Origin: Thermodesulfobacteriota bacterium | GTDB lineage: Bacteria > Desulfobacterota > Desulfovibrionia > Desulfovibrionales > Desulfovibrionaceae | NCBI GenBank assembly: GCA_049324675.1 | Contig: JBMONM010000120.1 | Location: forward strand, 8,833-72,832 | DNA: 64,000 bases | Reading direction: 5' to 3' | In this document: positions 49,689 to 56,554 of the stretch, in pieces | Numbering within the stretch: position 1 is the first letter of the stretch | Layout of the letters: each line of letters starts with the position of its first letter | Notes under the pieces: generated by a model | Database searches by the model: none | Told to the model about the DNA's origin: nothing | What the model saw: only the letters and a program-made list of their open reading frames with translations | Translations under genes and position numbers: made by a program

Positions 49689-50702
49689 TTACCGCGGCAG
49701 CTCCACGAGCTGTCCGCGCTTTTTGAGGGAGGCGTCGGCGGCCTCCAGGGCGCCGACCACGCGCAGGCCCATTTCGCCGCCGGTGATGGGAGAAGTCCCG
49801 TGTTCCAGGCAATCCACGAAATGCGCCGCCTCGAGCCGCAAGGCCTCGGTCTGCTCGTAGGCCGGGGCCCACATGTCCCCGGTGCGGTAGCCGACCATGA
49901 CCTTGTACATGCTTTCCGGGTCCTCGGTGAGGGTGATGCCCCGGTCGTAGACCCGGACCTTTTCGCTGCTGTGCAGGTCGTCGAAGACGATCATCTTCCT
50001 GTTGCCGCCGATGAGCGTCTGGCGCAGCTTGACCGGCGAGAGCCAGTTGACGTTGACGTGGGCCACCACGTTTTCCTGAAAGTAGAAGGTCAGCCAGGCC
50101 ACGTTCTCGGGCCGGCCGGGCACGTGGGCCATGCCCGTGGCCGAAACGGCCACGGGTTTTTGCGGCAGAAGGAAGTCCATGATGGACAGGTCGTGCACGG
50201 CCAGGTCCCAGATCACGTTCACGTCGTGCTGGAAAAGGCCCAGATTGACCCGGGTGGAATCGTAGTAATAGACGTCGCCGAAGGACTCCTGGGCCATGAT
50301 CTCCTGTATCTTGCGCACCGCGCCCATGTAGATGAAGGTATGGTCCACCATGAGCGTCAGACTCCGCCGGGCGGCCTCGTCCACCAGCCGTCTGCCCTGC
50401 TCCACCCCGGCGGTCATGGGTTTTTCCACCAGCACGTGCTTTCCGGCCCGGAGCGCGGCCAGGGCCAGATCGTAGTGGCTGGACACGGGGGTGGCCACGG
50501 CCACGGCGTCCACCTCCGGGTCGTTGATGCAGTCCATGGGGTCCGTGGTCACGCGCACCGAGGGATAGCCCGCGGCGGCGGTCTCCAGGCGGCCGGGACG
50601 GGCGTCGCACACGACGCGCACCCGGGCCCCCTTGGTCTGGAAAAAGTTGCGCACCAGATTGGGGCCCCAGTAGCCGAAGCCGATGATGCCGACACCGATC
50701 AT
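49689..50702 (-). CDS. Gfo/Idh/MocA-family oxidoreductase, WbpB-like
   Basis: Trimmed to ATG 50702 (ATGA overlap). Contains MIGVGIIGFGYWGPNLVRNF...AVAVATPVSSHYDLALAALRAGKHVLVEKPM. Confidence 0.9.
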   Translation of the reverse strand: MIGVGIIGFGYWGPNLVRNFFQTKGARVRVVCDARPGRLETAAAGYPSVRVTTDPMDCINDPEVDAVAVATPVSSHYDLALAALRAGKHVLVEKPMTAGVEQGRRLVDEAARRSLTLMVDHTFIYMGAVRKIQEIMAQESFGDVYYYDSTRVNLGLFQHDVNVIWDLAVHDLSIMDFLLPQKPVAVSATGMAHVPGRPENVAWLTFYFQENVVAHVNVNWLSPVKLRQTLIGGNRKMIVFDDLHSSEKVRVYDRGITLTEDPESMYKVMVGYRTGDMWAPAYEQTEALRLEAAHFVDCLEHGTSPITGGEMGLRVVGALEAADASLKKRGQLVELPR

Positions 50703-51187
50703 GCCGTCTCCTCCCCGGTCCGCGCCTCGCCCACGACCCGGGCCGGCACGCCCATGGCCAGGGCGTTGTCCGGGACGTCCCGGGTGACCACGGCCCCGGC
50801 CCCGATCATGGCGTTCTCGCCGATGGTCACGCCGCACACGATGGTCGCGCCGGAGCCGATGGAGGCCCCCTTCTTCACCAGGGTGGGGGTCATGACCCAG
50901 TCCTCGGCGGTCTGGAGCGATCCGTCCGGGCGGGTTGCGCGCGGAAACCTGTCGTTGGTGAACATGACGCCGTGTCCCACGAACACGCCGTCCTCGATGG
51001 TCACCCCCTCGCAGATGAAGCTGTGGGAGGAGATCTTGCAGCGCCGGCCCACCGAGGCCCCGGCCTGGATCTCGACGAAGGCCCCGATCCTGGTTTCGTC
51101 GCCCACGGCGCACCCGTAAAGATTGACCAGCTCCGGGTGAAAGATCACGACTTGGTCGCCGAGTCGGACGCTTGGGGAGATGGGCAT
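50699..51187 (-). CDS. Hexapeptide-repeat N-acetyltransferase, WbpD-like
   Basis: 162-aa ORF with left-handed beta-helix repeats: IGAFVEIQAGASVGRRCKISSHSFICEGVTIEDGVFVGHGVMFTND...IGSGATIVCGVTIGENAMIGAGAVV. Confidence 0.85.
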   Translation of the reverse strand: MPISPSVRLGDQVVIFHPELVNLYGCAVGDETRIGAFVEIQAGASVGRRCKISSHSFICEGVTIEDGVFVGHGVMFTNDRFPRATRPDGSLQTAEDWVMTPTLVKKGASIGSGATIVCGVTIGENAMIGAGAVVTRDVPDNALAMGVPARVVGEARTGEETA

Positions 51188-51384
51188 GGCGCGGGGGATG
51201 GGTTTTAGTGGGATGCCGCGTGATTACGGCGGATTCGCCTGGGCCTGGGCTCTAGCACAGGAACCCTGGCCCGGCAAGCGCGGTCCGGGGCGGCTTCACA
51301 ACCCGGCATGTTCACTCTATGGTGCGCCTTCATGCCGCTCGTGTGCGAAGGCGCACAGGAGCCCTTGTTGAAACAGGGGGAACG

Positions 51385-53214
51385 ATGTCTTCAAAAGCGC
51401 CCGTCGCGCAGACGGCACAGGACGCCGAAGCCCAGCCCGCCCGGCTGGACGTCCTGGACCTGGCCGGCTGGGCCGTTTTCCTGGCCGTGGCCGGATTCGT
51501 CTTCCTGTTCCTGCTTCCGGCCAAGGGCACGGAGTTCACGGACGAGGGCTGGTATCTCCAGGCCTCCCTGGCCGCGGCCACGGGCCAGGGCTTCGACTCC
51601 CTCCTGCCCCAATCCCCGTTCTACCTGATCGGCGCGTTCTTCATGAAACTCGGGCTGACCGGCGTCCTGGCCCAGCGCGACATCTACCACCTGCTCATCG
51701 TCGCCTGCCTCGGCCTCTTCGCCTGGGGGCTCACGGACCGCCGCCCGGCGGCCTTCTGCGTCTCCCTGGGGCTTTCCGTCAGCCTTACGGCCACCCTGAC
51801 CTCGCTTTTAAGCTACGAAAACACACCCCTGCTCTTCGCCCTGGCCGGCATGGGGCTGTACGCGGCGGCCAGGAACCGCCGCGAAAAGGACCGGGCCTCG
51901 GGCGAAGCGCTCCTCTTGCGCGTTCTGGCCGGGGCCTGCCTGGGGATGGCCTGCTGCATCAACCCCACCACCGGCCCCACGGCGGCCGTGCTCGTGGTCG
52001 CGGCGGCCATCGCGGACCGGGCCGGGGACGCGCCCCTGCGGCTGATCCTGGCCCCGGCGGCGGGCGCGGCCGTGGTCTTCGGCGGGCTTTTCGGCTGGTA
52101 CCTGGGCAGCATCGGCCTGAGCGCCTTTTTCACCGTTCCGGCCACCTACGGGCTTCGCCTGGAAAAGATCCTGTCCGTGCTGGAATACACGGTGCAGTGG
52201 CCGATCCTTCTGGGGGCGGTCTTCGGCGCGGGCCAGCTGTGGCGTCGGCTGTCGAGCCGGAAGCCGGGGCCGGCCGGAGGCCTGACCTGCGGGCTTGTGG
52301 CCGTTCTGACCCTGTCCCTGGCCGTGTTCATGGCCGCCCAGGCCGGTTTCGGAGCCGGGCGCGGCGTCCTGGCCCCGGCCTTCCGGGCCGCCGCGGGCCT
52401 GGGGCTGGCCTGGATCGGCCGCACGCCGGAGCTTTTATCCTTCCAGCTGCTGCTTTTCTTCGGATTCGCCTTCCTGACCCTGGCCCTTCTGGGCGGCTCG
52501 GGAACGGGGCGGGCCTGGCGGCTGGCGGCGGCCGCCGCCGGGATCATCGGGCTGTACTGGTTCAATCAGGAGATTTTGACCGCGGCCCCGGTATCGCTCA
52601 AGACCTTCTTCGCCGGCCCCCTGTATCTGACGGCCTTTTTCCTGCTGCACCGCCTGGCCCGGCAAGGGGACGAAAACCGCGCCGGCCCCCGGACCGCCCT
52701 GGTCTTCGCCTGCTTTCTGACGGTTGCGGCCTGCGCCGTCTTCACCTCGGTGAACTTCAGCCACCCCGGCCACGTCTCGCCCCTGGGACCGAAGGTCGAA
52801 ACGGGCCTGCCCGGCCTTGAGGGCCTTAGGGACACCCCGGAGCGGGCGGAGCTTTTGCGCGGGCTGGCGGCGGCCTACGCGCGGCACGACTGCGCCGGCA
52901 AGACGCTTATCACCTTCCAGAAAACGTCCCTGCTGGGCTATCTGTTCGGCCGCAAGCTCCCGGACGGCCTGAGCTACATCTGGCCGCACTTCCGCTTTCC
53001 CGAGGACCGCCTGCGCCAGGAGATCGACTCCGGGCGGCCGTATTGCGTCTTCGTGTCCAAAAACGGGGAAAGCGATGCGAACTGGCGCGCGACCGAGCCC
53101 TTTCTCGGCTACCTGGCCGCGCGCAGCAGCCACGTGGAGACCATCCGGTCCCAGGGGGACAGGGACCCGGCCAATCCGTTCACGCTCTACGTGGGCCCGG
53201 CCCAGGCGCCGTAA
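51385..53214 (+). CDS. Polytopic membrane protein, ArnT/PMT_2-like GT-C-fold glycosyltransferase candidate
   Basis: Track ORF 51319..53214 trimmed to ATG 51385, preceded by AGGGGGA. A first TM is followed by the loop GTEFTDEGWYLQASL (DE-type GT-C motif). I count more than 10 hydrophobic helices, then a soluble C-terminal domain of roughly 150 aa. Confidence 0.7.
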   Translation: MSSKAPVAQTAQDAEAQPARLDVLDLAGWAVFLAVAGFVFLFLLPAKGTEFTDEGWYLQASLAAATGQGFDSLLPQSPFYLIGAFFMKLGLTGVLAQRDIYHLLIVACLGLFAWGLTDRRPAAFCVSLGLSVSLTATLTSLLSYENTPLLFALAGMGLYAAARNRREKDRASGEALLLRVLAGACLGMACCINPTTGPTAAVLVVAAAIADRAGDAPLRLILAPAAGAAVVFGGLFGWYLGSIGLSAFFTVPATYGLRLEKILSVLEYTVQWPILLGAVFGAGQLWRRLSSRKPGPAGGLTCGLVAVLTLSLAVFMAAQAGFGAGRGVLAPAFRAAAGLGLAWIGRTPELLSFQLLLFFGFAFLTLALLGGSGTGRAWRLAAAAAGIIGLYWFNQEILTAAPVSLKTFFAGPLYLTAFFLLHRLARQGDENRAGPRTALVFACFLTVAACAVFTSVNFSHPGHVSPLGPKVETGLPGLEGLRDTPERAELLRGLAAAYARHDCAGKTLITFQKTSLLGYLFGRKLPDGLSYIWPHFRFPEDRLRQEIDSGRPYCVFVSKNGESDANWRATEPFLGYLAARSSHVETIRSQGDRDPANPFTLYVGPAQAP

Positions 53215-53239
53215 ACGCGCAGCCGGCGGCCGCTTTTCC

Positions 53240-54415
53240 TCATTCGGAACGCGCCCGGCCGTGCCGGTCGACGACATCGAGCACGATCTCTTCGTAGGCC
53301 TCGGCGAAACGGCGCAGGCGCCCGGGCGTTTCGGCTGCGGCGCGCTCGGCCTCGGCGCGTTCTTCCCGAAGATTATGGGTTTCCAGAACCTCGGCCATGA
53401 CGGCCGCCAGCCGCGCCGGGTCCGTGGGATCGAAAAACATCCCCCGGGCCGGGTTCTGTTCCCGGTGCACGGCGATGTCCGACAGGAGAATGCGCTTGCC
53501 CAGGCTCTTGGCCTCCTCGACGGTGGTGCTCCACCCCTCGAAAAAGGAAGGGTTGATGAGGGCCAGCGAGGTGCGCATGAGCACCGCCGCCTCGGCATAG
53601 GGGATCAGGCCCAGGAACCGGAGCCGATCGGCCAGCCCGGCCGTGCGCAGCCGCTCCGCGAGGGAGGCGAAATGCTCCGGCCGCCGGTAATCGCTCGTCC
53701 GGCCGGTGCTCACCACCAGGGGGGGGCGTCCCTTCCCGGCGAGAAGCCCGAGGGCCTCGATCACCACCGCGTGGTTCTTGTGCGCCCAGACCTGGTTGGG
53801 AATATGGAAAAAGGGCTCGTCGATGCCGTGCCGGGCCAAGACCTCGTCGGCGGGCGGCAGCGCGGCCGGATCCGGGGCGTGGGCCACGAAGCGCAGGACA
53901 TGGACGGGGCAGCGGGCCTTCGGGTACAGGCGCTCGAAATCACGCCGGGCGGCCTCGCTGCTCAGGACAACGGCCTGGGCGTGACGCGCCGCGGCCTTTT
54001 GGGTGACGTCCCGATCCCGGCATTCCGCCTTGTCGAAGCACAGGGGCAGATGCCGGTGCTGAAAGTCCGGGATCCAGCACAGCGCCGGGACCGGCGAGCG
54101 CCTCCCGAGCCAGGCGGCGTGCGAAAGCAGCCCTATGTTCTGCCGCCGCAGCTCCCGGGCCAACAGCCCCCCGTTATCCAGAAAACGCCGGCCGACATTG
54201 TCCCGGACCTTGTCCAAAAAAGGCCTCGCCCCACACGGGGCGGGGATGGTCGGGCAGCGGTCGAACGGCGCGGGCAGCGCGGCCGCCGACCCCACGATCA
54301 CGGGTTCGACGCGCCTGTTTTCAAGGGTGAAAAGCGCGCCCAGAAGATTGCGGAAATAGTGGAGTCCGCCGATCCATTCCCGCGTGTTGGGCACCACCCA
54401 GGCCACACGGATCAT
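53240..54415 (-). CDS. GT4 glycosyltransferase, WIPDFQH-motif subfamily (paralog of 4415..5581)
   Basis: Trimmed to ATG 54415 (ATGA overlap). Contains MIRVAWVVPNTREWIGGLHYFRNLL...CWIPDFQHRHLP...PNQVWAHKNH...INPSFFEGWSTTVEEAKSLGKRILLSD. Confidence 0.85.
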   Translation of the reverse strand: MIRVAWVVPNTREWIGGLHYFRNLLGALFTLENRRVEPVIVGSAAALPAPFDRCPTIPAPCGARPFLDKVRDNVGRRFLDNGGLLARELRRQNIGLLSHAAWLGRRSPVPALCWIPDFQHRHLPLCFDKAECRDRDVTQKAAARHAQAVVLSSEAARRDFERLYPKARCPVHVLRFVAHAPDPAALPPADEVLARHGIDEPFFHIPNQVWAHKNHAVVIEALGLLAGKGRPPLVVSTGRTSDYRRPEHFASLAERLRTAGLADRLRFLGLIPYAEAAVLMRTSLALINPSFFEGWSTTVEEAKSLGKRILLSDIAVHREQNPARGMFFDPTDPARLAAVMAEVLETHNLREERAEAERAAAETPGRLRRFAEAYEEIVLDVVDRHGRARSE

Positions 54416-55341
54416 TCGGGAAACTCCGACCGGAACCAGCGCAGATAGCCGGCCAGCCCCGTGTCGATATCCACGCCCGGCGCGAAACCCCAGGCCGTGG
54501 CCCGGCGCGCGTCGGCCACGAGGTGGCAGGGATCGCCGGCCTTGGTCGCCCCGGAAAAATCCGGCGTCAGGGCCGGACGCCATTGCCCGCCGAGCCGGAC
54601 CAGGACCTCGCGGACGCTGACCCCGGTTCCCGTTCCGCCGTTGACCACGGGGCAGGCCGGGTCGGCCCGCTCCATGGCCAGATGCAGAAGGCGCGCGGCG
54701 TCGTTCACATGAAGCCAGTCCCGGCGTTCCTCGCCCGAACCGAAAAAACGAAACGCCCCGTCCCGGGCCTTGCGGCAGGCATCCCACAGAAGCTGTTTGC
54801 GAAGCCCTTCCCCGTACAGGGAAAAAAAACGGACCACGGCCACAGGCACGCCCCAGCGGCCGGCAAAGCACCGGCAGGCGTCCTCGGCCATGCGCTTGTG
54901 CAGGCCGTAAGGGGAGATGGGATCGAGGGGGGCGTCCTCGGCCAGGGGTTGTGCGCCCGCCGCGCCGTAGACCGCCGCGCTGGACGGGTACACGACGCGC
55001 ACGGCCGGGGCCCGGCGGCGGGCGAATTCAAGGACGTCGACGGTGGTGCCGACCGTGCGCCGGAAATCCCCGCGCGGATTTTCCAGGGAAAAACCCACCG
55101 TGCCGCTGCCCGCGCAATGAACGATCGCGGCGACCTCTCCGCAGGCGGCGGACAGCTCCTCGAGGGTCTCCAGCCGGACGTCGGCCGGACGCCAGATATC
55201 CATGCCCCAGTCGCGAAACGTCCCGCCCGCGAAGCCGCCATGGCCGATGCCGGCCACCCGGAAGCCCGAGGCGGCGAGATGCCGCGCGGCATGGCGGCCA
55301 AGGAATCCGGCGGCGCCGGTGACAACGACCAGTTTTCTCAC
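54412..55341 (-). CDS. NAD-dependent epimerase/dehydratase (SDR)
   Basis: GTG start at 55341, preceded by GAGGGGA. VVVTGAAGFLGRHAARHL is the Rossmann motif. SSAAVYG...YGLHKRMAE gives S...YxxxK. Confidence 0.85.
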   Translation of the reverse strand: MRKLVVVTGAAGFLGRHAARHLAASGFRVAGIGHGGFAGGTFRDWGMDIWRPADVRLETLEELSAACGEVAAIVHCAGSGTVGFSLENPRGDFRRTVGTTVDVLEFARRRAPAVRVVYPSSAAVYGAAGAQPLAEDAPLDPISPYGLHKRMAEDACRCFAGRWGVPVAVVRFFSLYGEGLRKQLLWDACRKARDGAFRFFGSGEERRDWLHVNDAARLLHLAMERADPACPVVNGGTGTGVSVREVLVRLGGQWRPALTPDFSGATKAGDPCHLVADARRATAWGFAPGVDIDTGLAGYLRWFRSEFPE

Positions 55342-55410
55342 GATCTGTTCCCCTCGGCGGGGGCCTGGTTCTTCCGGGTGTTCCGGGGGACGCCGCCTTT
55401 GTCGGATGGA

Positions 55411-56331
55411 TCAGGATACGGAACGAAAGGTCACGTCGCAGCGCATGCCGTCCTTGATGAGCAGGTCGGGGTTGTCCAGGGGGATCACCACCTCGTAAAA
55501 GGAGGGCTGCTGCAGGTGGGCCGGGAGGCTCACGAAGGAGATGTCGGAAATCGCGCTGTGGAAGGTCCGGTCCGGAAAGGCCTTGAAAACGATATCCACG
55601 GGGTCCCCGGGCTTGAGCTTCAGGGCCTGGATCTCGTGTACGGCGCACCGCACCAGAAGCTTTTCCAGCGTCCCGATTTCATACAGGATGTCCTTGTCGG
55701 CCGGGGTGAACTCGGCGCCCGGAACCAGCCTGGGGCTGACGGAGAGGATGTGGCCGTCGATCCCGGCCTCCTCGTAAAAATACTTGGGAAAGGACCCGCC
55801 GTCGACCTCGACCCCGTATTTCGTGGCCGTGTTTTCCCGTTTCTGCTCCATCTGGGCCTTTTCGTTCTTGATCTTCTCCCGCAAGAGCTCGATGTGCATC
55901 TCCTTGAGCTTGACCCGCTCGTCGGTCAGGTGCACGTCCTGCGGCGAGACCGCGCCGTGTTCCTGCATCATCTTTGCTTCGGCGTTGGCGTCCTTGATCT
56001 TCTTCAGTTCCACCAGGGCCTTTTGCAAAGTGGACTCGCTTCCGGTCACCCGGTGACCGGAGAGGTTCGTCTTTTCCTGGATGACCTGCTCAAGGGGGGC
56101 CTCGTAGCCGATGAGCCTGGTCCCGGCCGTGACCCTGTCCCCGATGCGCATGTCCACGGAGGTGATCTTCAGACTGCCCCCGCCGATAAGCACATCCGCC
56201 ACGCGAACGACGGCCCTCTGGACGCAGTAGGCCTTGCCCACCACGACCAGGGGGGCGTTCTGGGCCGAAAGCCCCGTGGCGGAGAGCAAAACGAGAAAGG
56301 CGAAAACCACGCCGAAAATACGTTTCATCAT
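55411..56331 (-). CDS. Secreted HlyD-like / RND-type periplasmic adaptor (membrane fusion protein) family protein, with no transporter partner in the window
   Basis: Trimmed to ATG 56331, with AAGGA upstream. The signal peptide is MMKRIFGVVFAFLVLLSATGLSA. A lipoyl-like segment (ITSVDMRIGDRVTAGTRLIGYE) is followed by a long coiled-coil region (KALVELKKIKDANAEAKMMQE...HIELLREKIKNEKAQMEQ). A beta-barrel-type C-terminus is also present (LKLKPGDPVDIVFKAFPDRTFHSAISDISF). Confidence 0.65.
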   Translation of the reverse strand: MMKRIFGVVFAFLVLLSATGLSAQNAPLVVVGKAYCVQRAVVRVADVLIGGGSLKITSVDMRIGDRVTAGTRLIGYEAPLEQVIQEKTNLSGHRVTGSESTLQKALVELKKIKDANAEAKMMQEHGAVSPQDVHLTDERVKLKEMHIELLREKIKNEKAQMEQKRENTATKYGVEVDGGSFPKYFYEEAGIDGHILSVSPRLVPGAEFTPADKDILYEIGTLEKLLVRCAVHEIQALKLKPGDPVDIVFKAFPDRTFHSAISDISFVSLPAHLQQPSFYEVVIPLDNPDLLIKDGMRCDVTFRSVS

Positions 56332-56458
56332 CCATCCTTGTCCAAAAAACGGCGCACGGAGCGCAAAATGAGCGGGGAGCGCGCGGAAGCCCCCTGCTTT
56401 TTCATAAAACCCAGGCGGTGGCAAGCCGGCCCCTCCAGGTGTTGCCGTGATGTTCTCT

Positions 56459-56500
56459 TCCTGTTGCGGTTCCTGTTGCGGTTCCTGTCCTGTTGCGGTT
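56459..56500. repeat. Tandem 12-bp direct repeats (TCCTGTTGCGGT x2, a 6-nt partial, then CCTGTTGCGGTT)
   Basis: Read directly: ...tcctgttgcggt tcctgttgcggt tcctgt cctgttgcggtt... The repeats lie in the 223-bp intergenic region between the nadE stop (56555) and the HlyD-like start (56331). Confidence 0.9.
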
Positions 56501-56554
56501 GCCCCGGTGTCGCTTCAGGGTCTTTCCGGCGGCGCCGGGCAAACCTCTCCCGGG

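Noticed and set aside
608-54871. N-terminal extensions of many track ORFs: 608..2386, 3232..4809, 8868..10097, 12771..14573, 14734..17040, 18745..21063, 22465..24786, 44607..46514, 45599..47074, 46258..47991, 48574..50610, 49689..51113 and 53240..54871.
   Set aside because: The track takes the furthest upstream ATG/GTG/TTG. The extensions run through the preceding gene in another frame and are Arg/Pro-rich nonsense. I trimmed each ORF to an internal start that matches the family N-terminus, usually with an RBS or a 4-nt start/stop overlap.
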